From: Candidatus Eiseniibacteriota bacterium
GTDB lineage: Bacteria > Eisenbacteria > RBG-16-71-46
NCBI GenBank assembly: GCA_963725865.1
Contig: CAVSAC010000014.1
Location: forward strand, 704,001 to 768,000
Direction of reading: 5' to 3'
Length of the DNA stretch: 64,000 nucleotides
Part shown: positions 7,784 to 18,054 of the stretch, piece by piece
Numbering within the stretch: position 1 is the stretch's first letter
Layout: each line of letters begins with the position of its first letter
Translations under genes and position numbers: made by a program
The notes under the pieces: generated by a model
The model's database searches: none
Told to the model about the DNA's origin: nothing
The model's input: only the letters and a program-made list of their open reading frames with translations

Positions 7784-9172
7784 CTAGAGCAGCTGCCGGC
7801 GCATCATCGTGACGGTGCGGGATTCGCCGCGGTGCCGTACCACGAGCGTGATGCGGGAGCCGGGCGGGCCCTCGAGGCGCCGCAGGAGGGTGATCACGTC
7901 GATACCGCGCGCCGTCGCACCGTCGATCGATTCGATCTCGTCGCCCCGCGCCAGGCCTGCCTCGGAGGCGGGTGATGGGGTGGCGACCGCCACGATGCGC
8001 AACGCCCCCTCGACGCGTTCCACCTGGACCCCGACGTGCGAGTACTCGTACGGCCGCGCGTCGCGCCCGACACCGAGCGGTTCGAACCAGACGAGTCGCC
8101 GCGGCAGATCGATCGCGATGCGGAAACGACGCAGGAACGAATAGCCGAGCAGCCCGTGCACCGGCTCACCGACCACGCGCGAGAGCACGTCGGTCAATTC
8201 GCTCGACATCGCGGCGGCGTCGACGCCATCGGCCCTCACCGTGCCGCTGAGCGCCGCGAGCACCAGGTGCGGCACCCGGACGACCCGCGCGTCCTCGCTG
8301 CCGAAGAGCGTGGGCGCGCTCAGCCCGCGCAGCGCGGGCCACGCCGCGCTGCGCGGGATCCGCTCCGCGAGCGCGGGCTCGAACAGCACCGTCTTGGACG
8401 CCCCGGTATCGAGCACCAGCGTGAGCTCCGCAGCCCCGGCACCGCGCCGGACGCCCTCGATGCGCGCGCGAACGAGCAGCTTGCCGTCGCCCAGCAGCCG
8501 GAATGGGACGGCGCGCGCGCGCGGACCGAGTGCGGGGAGCAGCCGCCGCGAGGTGATGACCGGCGATTCGCCGGTCCGCGCGGGGGCGTCGGGCAGCAGC
8601 GCGACGGTCCCCGCTCCATAGTCGATCCACACCAGGTAGGGCGCGAGCGGTCGCTGGCCCAGCAGGCCGAGCACCGCGCGATCAGTCACGCGCCGCACCA
8701 CCTCGGCGTCCACCGTGAGCACTGGAGTCACCTGGTCGAACTGGAGCGCTCCCAGTTCGAGGCGTGCGAGCGGGTGCGGCGTGAGCTCGAACTCGTCCGC
8801 GCTGACCAAGGTGTCCGAAAGGCCGAGCGCGAAAGCGACGTGCCGGTCGAGTGCGAGGCAACCGGCACCGGTGTCGAGCACCAGCGCGCCGGCGGTGTCG
8901 CGGCCCGTGATGCCGTGCAGGCGCGCGGCGACGAGCAACAGGCCGTCGAGGTCCTCGGCCTGCAGCACCTGGGCGCCGTCGGGCCACTCGCGAGCGGGCT
9001 TGGAGTGGGGAGGAGCCTCCAGCGTGGCCGCTGCGTGCAGGCTCGTGACGGTCGCGAGCATCACGGCAATAGCAGCTATAACTATATAAATTATTAAATT
9101 GTTGCGCGATTTCGGAGCGAGTCCATCGGAGCCTGAAGCGCCGTCCTCGCTCGCGCGTACCTCAGCGTCCAT
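7784..9172 (-). CDS. Membrane-anchored double retropepsin-like aspartyl protease with C-terminal PDZ domain
   Basis: Two 'LVLDTGA' motifs each followed by 'GLLG'; PDZ 'SPASEAGLARGDEIESIDG'; N-terminal TM; start overlaps bactofilin stop (start uncertain). Confidence 0.85.
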   Translation of the reverse strand: MDAEVRASEDGASGSDGLAPKSRNNLIIYIVIAAIAVMLATVTSLHAAATLEAPPHSKPAREWPDGAQVLQAEDLDGLLLVAARLHGITGRDTAGALVLDTGAGCLALDRHVAFALGLSDTLVSADEFELTPHPLARLELGALQFDQVTPVLTVDAEVVRRVTDRAVLGLLGQRPLAPYLVWIDYGAGTVALLPDAPARTGESPVITSRRLLPALGPRARAVPFRLLGDGKLLVRARIEGVRRGAGAAELTLVLDTGASKTVLFEPALAERIPRSAAWPALRGLSAPTLFGSEDARVVRVPHLVLAALSGTVRADGVDAAAMSSELTDVLSRVVGEPVHGLLGYSFLRRFRIAIDLPRRLVWFEPLGVGRDARPYEYSHVGVQVERVEGALRIVAVATPSPASEAGLARGDEIESIDGATARGIDVITLLRRLEGPPGSRITLVVRHRGESRTVTMMRRQLL

Positions 9173-9578
9173 CCCGACCGCGACTGATCTCGGCGCCGAG
9201 TTCGACCCCTTCCGAGCCCGCCTCGAGCATGGTGCACCGCCCCGTGAAGAAGACGCCCTGCTCCATCACGACGCTGAGCGCCGCGACATCGCCCTCCACA
9301 CGCGCACCAGCTCTCATCTCAATCGTGCCGAGCGCGCGGATGTTCCCGATCACACGACCGCGCACGAGAGCTTCACGCACCTCGACGTCGGCGCGCATCA
9401 CCCCGTGCTCACCGATCTCCAGTCGCTCGCAGTCGAGGACATCACCCTCGAATTCGCCTTCGATGCGAAGTGTGCCCGAGACCATCAGAGTGCCGCGGAA
9501 GCTGGAGCCGACGCCAATGACCGTGTTGGGCGGCGGTGGCTCCTCGGGGCCCGCCGAGCGCCCGCGAAACTTCATCAT
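9162..9578 (-). CDS. Bactofilin (polymer-forming cytoskeletal protein)
   Basis: 'NTVIGVGSSFRGTL...LRIEGEFEGDV...GVFFTGRC' beta-helix; ATG overlaps parB stop (TGATG). Confidence 0.92.
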   Translation of the reverse strand: MMKFRGRSAGPEEPPPPNTVIGVGSSFRGTLMVSGTLRIEGEFEGDVLDCERLEIGEHGVMRADVEVREALVRGRVIGNIRALGTIEMRAGARVEGDVAALSVVMEQGVFFTGRCTMLEAGSEGVELGAEISRGRDGR

Positions 9579-10435
9579 CACAGCACACCCCACACTTCCA
9601 GCAGGCGTTCGAGATCCTCCTGGCTGTAGTACTCGAACTCCACCTTGCCTCCCTTGCGGCCGGCGGTGATCCCCACGTGGGTACCGAAGCGCTGCTGGAG
9701 CTTGACCTCCCACTCGCGCAGCCCGTCGAGTTTCGGAGACTTGGTGCGCGTGTGCTGCTTGCGGAGCCGGCGGCGGACGTATGCCTCGGTGCGCCGGACC
9801 GAGAAGCCCTTCGTCGTCACGTACCGTGCCGCGCCAAGCTGATCCACGTTAGTCTCAAGCGAGAGAATGGCTCGGGCGTGACCGGCTGACAATGTTCCAC
9901 GTGCAACCATCTCCATCACCTCGACCGGGAGCGAGAGGAGACGAAGCGAGTTGGTCACCGAGGAGCGCTGCTTACCCACCCGGTCCGAGACCTGGTCGTG
10001 AGTGAGTCCGACCCGATCGATCAAGGTCTGGAAGGCGCGCGCTTCGTCGATCGGATTGAGGTTCTCGCGCTGGATGTTCTCGATCAGCGCCATCTCCATC
10101 ATCTCGCGATCGGCCACATCGCGGACGATCGCCGGAATCACGCCCAGCCCGGCAAGCCTGGCAGCCCGCAGTCGCCGCTCGCCGGCCACGACCTGGAAGT
10201 CACCGGCCTGGCCCTTACGGACCATGATGGGTTGGAGCACGCCGCTCGCCTTGATCGACGCGGCCAGCTCCTGGATCGCCTCGTCGTCGAATCGCGTTCG
10301 AGGCTGGAATGGATTCGGTGCGATGTCATCGACAGACAAGTCCCGGAGGCCATCAGGACGAGCGTCGACGGTCGCTGTGGCGCCGCTGCCGGGGATTAGG
10401 GCTTCGAGGCCTCTGCCGAGAACTTTCCTATGCAT
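9578..10435 (-). CDS. parB: ParB/Spo0J chromosome partitioning protein
   Basis: 'LGRGLEALI', 'PNPFQPR', '[10 protein letters not shown]', '[12 protein letters not shown]'. Confidence 0.97.
   Translation of the reverse strand: MHRKVLGRGLEALIPGSGATATVDARPDGLRDLSVDDIAPNPFQPRTRFDDEAIQELAASIKASGVLQPIMVRKGQAGDFQVVAGERRLRAARLAGLGVIPAIVRDVADREMMEMALIENIQRENLNPIDEARAFQTLIDRVGLTHDQVSDRVGKQRSSVTNSLRLLSLPVEVMEMVARGTLSAGHARAILSLETNVDQLGAARYVTTKGFSVRRTEAYVRRRLRKQHTRTKSPKLDGLREWEVKLQQRFGTHVGITAGRKGGKVEFEYYSQEDLERLLEVWGVL
9893..9908. promoter_or_regulatory. parS-like site inside parB
   Basis: TGTTCCACGTGCAACC versus consensus TGTTNCACGTGAAACA. Confidence 0.7.
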
Positions 10436-11189
10436 GGTCCAGGACCTCCCGCGCCAGATCTCGGTACGCGTCGGCGCCAGTGCTGTGTGGATCGTAGAGG
10501 ACGATGGGCTTTCCGAACGAGGGAGCCTCGCTGAGTCGCACATTCCGCGGAATCACTGTCTTGTAGACTCGCTCCGCGAAGAACTTCCTCGCCTCGTCCG
10601 CGACCTGTTGCGAAAGATTCAGGCGCGAATCGAACATGGTCAGGAGCACACCCTCGATCCGCAAGCCCGGATTGAGGTGGTCCTGGACCAGCCGAATCGC
10701 GCCGATCAACTGCGTGAGCCCCTCAAGGGCGAGGTACTCGCACTGAAGTGGGATCAGAACCGAGTCCGCCCCCGTGAGGGCGTTGACGGTCAACAGTCCG
10801 ACTGATGGCGGGCTATCGATGAGCACGTAGTCGTACTCGTCCCGCACGGACCCGAGGCAATTCCGCAGCCGAGCCTCGCGCGCCATCATCCCCACCAGCT
10901 CCACTTCGGCACCTGCGAGCCGCTGTCCGGCGGGAACCAGATCCAGGTTCGCGAGCGCGGTCGGCACCACCGCCTGCTTGAGGTCCGACTGGCCGAGCAA
11001 CGCCTCATAGATCGAATGGCGTTGATCGTTGCCGTTGATGCCCAACCCGCTCGAGCAGTTCCCTTGCGGGTCGACGTCGACCAGAAGCACGCGACGACTC
11101 TCTTGTGCGAGGCAGGCGCCGAGGTTGATCGCTGTCGTGGTCTTGCCTACGCCACCCTTCTGGCTGGCGATCGCGATAACGCGTCCCAT
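10428..11189 (-). CDS. parA: ParA/Soj ATPase
   Basis: Deviant Walker A 'QKGGVGKTT', 'DVDPQGN', 'IDSPPS', '[14 protein letters not shown]'. Confidence 0.97.
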   Translation of the reverse strand: MGRVIAIASQKGGVGKTTTAINLGACLAQESRRVLLVDVDPQGNCSSGLGINGNDQRHSIYEALLGQSDLKQAVVPTALANLDLVPAGQRLAGAEVELVGMMAREARLRNCLGSVRDEYDYVLIDSPPSVGLLTVNALTGADSVLIPLQCEYLALEGLTQLIGAIRLVQDHLNPGLRIEGVLLTMFDSRLNLSQQVADEARKFFAERVYKTVIPRNVRLSEAPSFGKPIVLYDPHSTGADAYRDLAREVLDHA

Positions 11190-11297
11190 TCCCTGTCCGC
11201 GTGCGGGCCCGAGGCGGCCCTGATGAGTGAACTGGTAAGGCGGGGTGTCGATCTGCGCCCGTAAGATAGCAACCGACCGCAGGCCGGACAAGCTCGA

Positions 11298-11313
11298 TGT
11301 TCCACGTGGAACT
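11298..11313. promoter_or_regulatory. parS centromere site upstream of parA
   Basis: TGTTCCACGTGGAACT, near-perfect parS palindrome. Confidence 0.9.
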
Positions 11314-11339
11314 GAGCGAAGCGAATCAGAGTATCAGAC

Positions 11340-12689
11340 TCAGACTCTTCTGAATCTGAGCACGACTACTGGTCCGCTGCTGAGTTCGCTTCGGCCCTCG
11401 AGGCTCCACGAGCGGCGCCAGTCTTGATCGGCTCGCAGCTCCTCACCGTGGCGGCTGCCCTTCCACAGGAAAGCCCAACCCCCCTCGACCACCAGGTTGG
11501 CAGCGAGCGCCAGCGTGGGAGTGAGCGGCAGCGTGGCCCGCGAGGTGAACCCGTCGAAGCGACGGATTGTCGGGTCCTCCTCGATCATGGTCTCGAGGCG
11601 CGCATTCACGACGTCGAGATCCGAGATCCCCAGTTCTTGCGCGGCGCGCCGAAGGAATAGCGTCTTGGTGCGCCGCGACTCGACCAGCGTCCAGTGCTTG
11701 CCGACCCCCGCGAGCAGCAGCGGCACCGCCGGCAGTCCCCCTCCGGAGCCGAAGTCGAGCCACCGCTCCACCCCTGTGGACTTGAGAGCGGGCGCGGGCA
11801 GGAGCGACTCGAGCAGATGGCGGGCCACGAAGCGACCCTCATCATTTCTCGATATCAGATTGGAATAGCTGCGATTCCAACTCAGAAGCATGATCGAGAA
11901 TCGCTTCAGCCGATCGATCGTCTCGGTGGGATCGGCGCCGGCGGCGAACAGTGGCGGAATGAGCGCCGACCAATCCTGCCGATCGAGCAGGGCCGAGGTG
12001 TCCCACGCCCGGATTGGGTCTTCGCCGCGCAGCATCTCCTCGACGGGCATCGACTCGAGCTCGAGATCCGGCGGCCCCGTGCGCTGGCGCATCGGTCGTT
12101 GCGGGCGATTCTCGCGCGGCGGGCGCCCCGGGCGGCCGGAGCGGGGGACCCGCGCGGTGCGATTCCGTCGTGTGTCGCGGCCAGTGCGGGCCGCGCGCCC
12201 ACCGGTCGCGCCGCGCTCGGCGCGCGGCCCGCGATCCGTGCGTGACGAGCGATCCGAGCGCGGCGCTCCAACGCCGCGTGTTGGCCGTTCCCCACGCGAC
12301 GATCGCTCTGCACGTGATGCGCGGTCCGCGCGCGGCGAGCGCGCGAAGCGCGGCGGCCGGCTTGCCCGTGGCCCGCGGTCGGCGCGCGTCGATCGGCCGG
12401 TACGCGACGGGCTGGCCGCCCGCGGCGTGCGGCTCGCTCGCGGCGGACCCTCTGCGCGCGGGGGGCGGTCTGCACGCGGCGCGCGGTCTGCGCGCGGCGA
12501 GCGATCCGCTCGGGGCGGTCGCTCCGTCCGCGTTCGTCTTTCCTGCGAGCGCGCATCGCCCGCGGGCCGGGGGCCGGCTGGGCGCCGCGATCCGGAGCGT
12601 GGCGAGGACGATCGAGCGGAGCGTCCGGCGGGTCCGCCACTTCGATCGGAGGCGCGCGGAGATGGGCGTGACGACCTGGTGCGTTTCAT
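11340..12689 (-). CDS. rsmG: 16S rRNA m7G527 methyltransferase with long Arg-rich N-terminal extension (start uncertain)
   Basis: 'WNRSYSNLIS', 'RHLLESL', 'LDFGSGGGLP', 'LVESRRTK', 'TSRA', 'WKG'; position between mnmG and parA. Confidence 0.9.
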   Translation of the reverse strand: MKRTRSSRPSPRASDRSGGPAGRSARSSSPRSGSRRPAGPRPAGDARSQERRTRTERPPRADRSPRADRAPRADRPPRAEGPPRASRTPRAASPSRTGRSTRADRGPRASRPPRFARSPRADRASRAERSSRGERPTRGVGAPRSDRSSRTDRGPRAERGATGGRAARTGRDTRRNRTARVPRSGRPGRPPRENRPQRPMRQRTGPPDLELESMPVEEMLRGEDPIRAWDTSALLDRQDWSALIPPLFAAGADPTETIDRLKRFSIMLLSWNRSYSNLISRNDEGRFVARHLLESLLPAPALKSTGVERWLDFGSGGGLPAVPLLLAGVGKHWTLVESRRTKTLFLRRAAQELGISDLDVVNARLETMIEEDPTIRRFDGFTSRATLPLTPTLALAANLVVEGGWAFLWKGSRHGEELRADQDWRRSWSLEGRSELSSGPVVVLRFRRV

Positions 12690-12753
12690 CGCGGCGGACT
12701 CTAGCACAGCCTCACGAACCACTCGCGGGGCGCGGCGCGCGCTCGTGCGGCGA

Positions 12754-14772
12754 TCAGCGTTCGGTGCACAGCCGTCGCTCGTGCACCAGCAGCACCGCGA
12801 TGTCCGCGGGAGACACGCCCGCGATGCGCGCGGCCTGCCCGACGGTCGCGGGTCGCCAGCGGCGCAGCTTCTCGAGCGCTTCGAAGGAGATCCCGCTCAG
12901 AGTCTCCGCCCACAACTCCGCGGGCAGCGCCTGCGTCTCGAGCGCTGCCGTACGGGCCGCAGCGCGCTGCTCTCGTTCGATGTAGCCGCGATAGCGGGCC
13001 CGGACCTCGATGCACGCGGCCCACGCGGCTGGCAGCGACAGCTCCACGCCGTGCGCTTCGAGCGAGGCGTATGTGACACCCGGGCGCGCGAGGTGCTCGA
13101 GCGCGCTCACCGGCCGGAGCGCGGCCACCGCGTCCGCGGCAGCGGCTGCCTGCGTGATGGCGTACTCGCCCGCCGAGGCTCCCGTTTCGAGGGCCGGCGG
13201 CGCGGTTCCGCGCGCGCACCCCTCGTCACCGGCCCTGTCCGGCTCGGGCCCGACCGCGCCCATCGACATCGCGGGCACGCGCACCGTCACCCGCGCCAGC
13301 CGGCACTCTTCGGCGGCGAGCGCGGCGGACTTCTCGCGCACTCGTTCGGCCTGCGTGCGGTCCAGCAGCCCGAGCGAGAAGCCGATCTCGGCCAGCCGTT
13401 CGTCGGCGTTGTCGGCCCGCAGCAGCAGGCGGTGCTCGGCCGCGGAGGTGAACATGCGATAGGGCTCGCGATGCTCGCGGCTCACCAGGTCGTCGATCAG
13501 CACGCCGACGTACGCCTGGTCGCGCCGCAGCACGAAGGGTCCCTCGCCGCGGACCCGGCGCGCGGCATTGACGCCCGCCACGAACCCCTGGGCGGCCGCC
13601 TCCTCGTAGCCGGAGGTGCCGCAGATCTGCCCGGCCAGAAACAGTCCCGGCGCGCGGCGCACCTCGAGCGTCGGCGCGAGCTGGTGAGGGAGCACGAAGT
13701 CGTACTCCACCGCGTAGCCGGGGCGGAGCATCTCGGCGCGCTCGAGGCCCGGGATGGTGCGCACGAACGCCAGCTGCACCTCCTCGGGGAGGCTGGTGGA
13801 CAGACCGTTGAGGTAGAACTCGGCCACCTCGCGCCCCTCGGGCTCCACGAAGATCGAGTGGCTCTCCTTCTCGGCGAAGCGCACCACCTTGTCCTCGATC
13901 GAGGGGCAGTAGCGCGGGCCGATGCCGCGGATGCGCCCCGAGTAGAGCGGCGAGAGGTGAAGGTGGTCGCGGATGAGCTGGTGCGTGCGCGGCCCGGTGC
14001 GGGTGAGCCAGCACAGCTCCTGCGCGACCTCGAGGCGCTCGGTCCAGTGCGAGAACGGCTGCGGCGGATCGTCGCCCGGCTGCGGAGCCATGGCTCCCAC
14101 GTCCACCGAATCGCGGTGCAATCGCGGCGGAGTGCCGGTCTTGAGTCGCCCGCGCTCGAGCCCCAGCTCGGCCAGGCACTCACTCAGCGCGCGCGCCGCG
14201 TGCTCGCCGAGGCGCCCGCCCGCGAGCTGGCGCGGGCCGATGTGGATGACACCGTTGAGGAAGGTCCCGGGCGTGATGACTGCGGCCCGGCAGCGCAGCA
14301 GCCGGCCGTCGGCCAGCTCGATGCCGGCCACCGCGCCGCGCTCGAGGCGCACGTGGTGGGCGAGCCCCGCGAGGCGTTCGAGGTTCGGCAGGCCGTCCAT
14401 CAGGGCGGCCATCTCGACCGAGTAGCGCGGCTTGTCGCACTGGGCGCGCGGCGACCAGACGGCCGGGCCGCGACCGCGATTGAGCATCTTGAACTGGATT
14501 CCCGCGCGGTCGGTGACGCGCGCCATCACCCCGCCGAGCGCGTCCAGCTCGCGCACCATATGGCCCTTCGCGATCCCGCCCACCGCGGGGTTGCACGACA
14601 TCCGCGCGATGTCATCGCGGGTGGCCGAGAGCAGCACCGTCGCGAGGCCCATCCGCGCGCACGCGGCCGCCGCCTCGCAGCCGGCGTGGCCCGCGCCGAC
14701 CACGACGACGTCGACGTCGCGGTCGCCAAGCGCCGGATCGCCGGCCCGCTGGTCCGCCGGATGCTCGATCAT
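12754..14772 (-). CDS. mnmG: tRNA uridine 5-carboxymethylaminomethyl modification enzyme MnmG/GidA
   Basis: '[12 protein letters not shown]', 'MSCNPAVGG', '[11 protein letters not shown]', '[12 protein letters not shown]'. Confidence 0.98.
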   Translation of the reverse strand: MIEHPADQRAGDPALGDRDVDVVVVGAGHAGCEAAAACARMGLATVLLSATRDDIARMSCNPAVGGIAKGHMVRELDALGGVMARVTDRAGIQFKMLNRGRGPAVWSPRAQCDKPRYSVEMAALMDGLPNLERLAGLAHHVRLERGAVAGIELADGRLLRCRAAVITPGTFLNGVIHIGPRQLAGGRLGEHAARALSECLAELGLERGRLKTGTPPRLHRDSVDVGAMAPQPGDDPPQPFSHWTERLEVAQELCWLTRTGPRTHQLIRDHLHLSPLYSGRIRGIGPRYCPSIEDKVVRFAEKESHSIFVEPEGREVAEFYLNGLSTSLPEEVQLAFVRTIPGLERAEMLRPGYAVEYDFVLPHQLAPTLEVRRAPGLFLAGQICGTSGYEEAAAQGFVAGVNAARRVRGEGPFVLRRDQAYVGVLIDDLVSREHREPYRMFTSAAEHRLLLRADNADERLAEIGFSLGLLDRTQAERVREKSAALAAEECRLARVTVRVPAMSMGAVGPEPDRAGDEGCARGTAPPALETGASAGEYAITQAAAAADAVAALRPVSALEHLARPGVTYASLEAHGVELSLPAAWAACIEVRARYRGYIEREQRAAARTAALETQALPAELWAETLSGISFEALEKLRRWRPATVGQAARIAGVSPADIAVLLVHERRLCTER

Positions 14773-14780
14773 CGCCCCGC

Positions 14781-16184
14781 TCACTTCCCGATGCAGAAGC
14801 GCGCGAAGATGCGCGCGAGCAGATCGTCGTCGACGCCGCGGCCGGACACGGTGCCGAGCGCGAGCTGGGCATCGCGGAGCCGGGCCGCGACGATCTCGCC
14901 CGCCGTCCCCATGCGCGCCTCGCGGAGCGCCTCGCGGAGCGCCTCGCGCGCTTCGGCGAGCGCCTCCAGATGACGCGGGTGACTGGCAGCGATCGCCATC
15001 CCGCCCGCGGGCCCGTCCACGCCGAGCAGCGCGGCGAGCGCGGTGCGGACCTCGCCGATGCCCTCGCCCCGCACGGCGCTGGTCTCCACCACGCGATGTT
15101 CGCCGCCGCCGAGCAGCGCGCGGACGTCGTCCACCGCCACCGCCACGCCCCGGTCGCGCTGGTTGAGCGCGGCCACCACGCGGCGACCCTCCAGCGCGCC
15201 GGCGAGCGCCCGGTCCTCCGCCCGCAAGGGCGCCGCGCCGTCCAGCACCCACAGCGCGATGCGGCTCTCCTCGAGCGCGGCGCGCGCGTGCGCGATCCCC
15301 ACCGCCTCCACCGGGTCAGCGGCCTCGCGCAGTCCCGCGGTGTCCGAGAGCACGACCCGAACACCCTTCACGTCGATGACCTCGCTGACCCGGTCGCGGG
15401 TGGTGCCCGGCACGGGCGTGACGATGGCGCGCTCCTCGCCGAGCAAGGCGTTGAAGAGCGAGGACTTCCCGACGTTGGGCCGGCCGACGATCGGGATTTG
15501 GACGCCCGCCCTCACCGCCGCGCGCACGCGCGAGCGCTCGAGCAACGCCTCCAGCTCCCCGAGCGCGCCGGCGAGCGCGTCGACCACGGTCGCCGGGACC
15601 TCGACCCCGCCGACGTCCTCGGCGAAGTCCACCCGTGCCTCGATCTCGGCGCGCGCATCCGCCAGCCGCTCCTCGAGCACCGCGAGCGTTCGCGTGAGCG
15701 CACCGGCCAGCTGATCGAGCGCCGCGGCCCGCGCGGCCTCGCTCTCGGCCGCGATCAGGTCGCCGACCGCCTCCGCCTGCGCCAGATCGAGGCGTCCGTG
15801 GAGGTACGCGCGCAACGTGAATTCGCCCGGCCCCGCGAGCCGCGCGCCGGCCGCCACGAGCGCGCCGAGCACCGTGGCGGCCGGCAGGCGCCCGCCGTGG
15901 CACGACAGCTCGACGACGTCCTCGCGCGTGTACGAGCGTGGCGCGCGGAACACCGCTGCCACCACTTCGTCCAGGCGCCGCTCGACGGCCCCGGGCACGT
16001 CCGCCACCGCCCAGCCGTGGTGCAGCGTGTGGCTGACCGCCACCGCGAGCGGGGCTGCGCCCCGGAACACCGCGTCCGCGCACGCGAACGCACGCGGGCC
16101 GCTCACGCGCACGACCGCCAGCCCAGCCGCGCCGGGCGCGGTGGCGATCGCGGCGATGGTGTCGTGGAGCGCGTAGGACGTCAT
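14781..16184 (-). CDS. mnmE: tRNA modification GTPase MnmE/TrmE
   Basis: 'DTIAAIAT', '[10 protein letters not shown]', 'PGTTRD', 'DTAG', C-terminal 'FCIGK'. Confidence 0.98.
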   Translation of the reverse strand: MTSYALHDTIAAIATAPGAAGLAVVRVSGPRAFACADAVFRGAAPLAVAVSHTLHHGWAVADVPGAVERRLDEVVAAVFRAPRSYTREDVVELSCHGGRLPAATVLGALVAAGARLAGPGEFTLRAYLHGRLDLAQAEAVGDLIAAESEAARAAALDQLAGALTRTLAVLEERLADARAEIEARVDFAEDVGGVEVPATVVDALAGALGELEALLERSRVRAAVRAGVQIPIVGRPNVGKSSLFNALLGEERAIVTPVPGTTRDRVSEVIDVKGVRVVLSDTAGLREAADPVEAVGIAHARAALEESRIALWVLDGAAPLRAEDRALAGALEGRRVVAALNQRDRGVAVAVDDVRALLGGGEHRVVETSAVRGEGIGEVRTALAALLGVDGPAGGMAIAASHPRHLEALAEAREALREALREARMGTAGEIVAARLRDAQLALGTVSGRGVDDDLLARIFARFCIGK

Positions 16185-16203
16185 CAAGGACCTCGCAATG
16201 GAA

Positions 16204-16234
16204 CGGCGCCGGGCTCGCGAGGAGCCCGGCGCCG
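16204..16234. terminator. Perfect 13-bp hairpin between jag and mnmE
   Basis: CGGCGCCGGGCTC-GCGAG-GAGCCCGGCGCCG. Confidence 0.55.
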
Positions 16235-16256
16235 AGGACCGCTTGAGGCGGGCCGA

Positions 16257-17780
16257 CTACTCGTCGCGCGGACCCCCGGGATGATCGACCGGGGCCACCG
16301 CCACGCGTTTGATCAGACCGTCGCCGAGCGCGTAGGTCTTGACCCGTCCGTCCTCGCGCAGCGTCATGTGGATGATCCGGCGCTCCTGGGAGTTCAGGTA
16401 CTCGCTGATCGCCTCCCCGTTCTTCGCCAGGGCTTCCTCGGCGAGCGCGTGCGCAAGGTCGGCCAACTCCGTCTCGCGGTGCTTCCAGAACTCGTTGATC
16501 TCGAGCTGGAGGTGGTACTGCGAGCCGCCGCCCTTGTTGATCATGCGATTGAGCAGATGCTGCAGCGCCTGCCGGGTCTCGCCCTTGCGACCGGTGAGCA
16601 GTTCCTCGTCGGTGGCCACTGTGGCCATCACGTCCACGTGGTCTTCGGAAGCGATCGCCTCGACCTTCGCCTCGAATCCCAGGAGCCGCATGAATTCCTC
16701 GGTCAGGCGTCGTCCCTCGGCGGCCAGCGCGTCGTTCGACATCGCACCCTCCGTCGCGCGGCGAGTCGCGGACGCCACCGGCTGCGGCGCCTCGTCCAGG
16801 TCTTCGGAATGCGACCGCGGTGCGTCGGACATCGCGACCGGCGCCGCGGCCTCCGCGCTGATGCCCTCCGCCTCGTCGTCAGCGTAGGATTCGATGGGCC
16901 CGGCCGCGTCCGCCGGCTCGGCGCTCGCCGCCGGCATCAGCGGGCCCTCGCCGCCCTCGCGCCGCCGCCCGCGGCCGCCGCGGCGACCACGGCGACGACG
17001 ACGACGGCTCTCGGCCTCGTCCCCCGTCTCCACCATGCCGTTGACGGCACCCGCGGCTGCACCCGCGGCCATGGGCTCGAATTCGGACAGCGGCTCGAGC
17101 TCGGGCGCCGGCTCGCGCGCGACCTCCGGCGCAGGCGAGCGCTCCGGGCGTGGACGACGCTCCTCGCGCGCTTCCCGCGGCCCCCGCGGCTCACGGCTCT
17201 CGCGCCCGTCGCGCGGCTCACGGCTCTCGCGCGGCTCGCGGCTCTCGCGCGGCTCGCGGCTCTCGCGTCCCTCGCGCGGTTCGCGACTCGCGCGCGCGTC
17301 CCGCGGTCCGCGCTCGCCGCGCACCTCAGCGGGTCGTGCGGCCTCGCGGCGCGCGCCGCCCCGGCCGCGATCCTCGCCCCGGCGCTCGACGCGTCCCTCG
17401 CGGGGGCCTCGGTCGTTGCGCCGGCGCTCGCCGTCGCGCGGTCGTTCGTCGCGGCGGGCAGGGTCGCCCTGCGCGCGTCGTTCGTCGCGGCCGCCCCTGC
17501 GTGCATCGCGCTCGCGTCCGCCGCGCCCGCGGCGACCGTCGCGATCGCGGTCCCGATCGCGCCCGCGGCCGTCACGATCGTCGGGCTCGCGCGGGGCGCC
17601 GCCTGGTCGCGCCTGCACGCGCACCTTGTAGGGTCGCGCGCCGATCCCGAGGAATCCGCCCGAGCCTTCCGCCAGCACGGTGATCATGGCCTCGGCGCGC
17701 GACAGCCCCAGCGATTCGAGGCCTTTGCGGACCGCGTCATCCAGTGTCCTGCCTTCGAAGATGGAGCCTTCAGGGCTCAT
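16257..17780 (-). CDS. khpB: Jag/KhpB/EloR RNA-binding protein (Jag_N, long disordered linker, KH, R3H)
   Basis: 'FEGRTLDDAV...GFLGIG', KH 'GRKGETRQALQHL', R3H 'ERRIIH'; follows yidC. Confidence 0.93.
   Translation of the reverse strand: MSPEGSIFEGRTLDDAVRKGLESLGLSRAEAMITVLAEGSGGFLGIGARPYKVRVQARPGGAPREPDDRDGRGRDRDRDRDGRRGRGGRERDARRGGRDERRAQGDPARRDERPRDGERRRNDRGPREGRVERRGEDRGRGGARREAARPAEVRGERGPRDARASREPREGRESREPRESREPRESREPRDGRESREPRGPREAREERRPRPERSPAPEVAREPAPELEPLSEFEPMAAGAAAGAVNGMVETGDEAESRRRRRRGRRGGRGRRREGGEGPLMPAASAEPADAAGPIESYADDEAEGISAEAAAPVAMSDAPRSHSEDLDEAPQPVASATRRATEGAMSNDALAAEGRRLTEEFMRLLGFEAKVEAIASEDHVDVMATVATDEELLTGRKGETRQALQHLLNRMINKGGGSQYHLQLEINEFWKHRETELADLAHALAEEALAKNGEAISEYLNSQERRIIHMTLREDGRVKTYALGDGLIKRVAVAPVDHPGGPRDE
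17170..17300 (-). repeat. 9/18-bp tandem repeat encoding (REPRES)n in the Jag linker
   Basis: + strand unit CGGCTCTCGCGCGGCTCG repeated with variants. Confidence 0.8.
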
Positions 17781-18054
17781 GTGCCTCTCCTGCGCCACGG
17801 GGGGCGTCGCGTGCGAGCATGTGCCGCATCCCGCGGGAAGCGAACCAGTGGTGGGCGGCGCGGGGCGCGGGGGGCGCGGGGACCCACGCGAAGTGTCGCG
17901 TGAGATGCTGGGAGTGTCCCGGCTGCCATGCCACCGCGCGGCCACGGGCCGCTGTGGGTGAACCGCTAGATTACTTCGCCGCGGCCTCCATGGCTACGGT
18001 CCGACTGCGCCGAACACGGGCGGGCGCGGGACGACCCCCGGGCCCGCTTCGCAG

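Noticed and set aside
9071..9103. oriC DNA unwinding element
   Set aside because: No DnaA box cluster or sustained DnaA-trio run; lies within a plausible CDS. Kept only as an AT-island finding.
17170..17300. CRISPR-like array
   Set aside because: Short tandem coding repeat with no spacers; no cas genes in the window.
11890..17903. Long + strand ORFs (1027 aa, 977 aa) and similar long antisense ORFs elsewhere
   Set aside because: Shadow frames of real genes in high-GC DNA; Arg/Ala/Pro-rich with no domain motifs.
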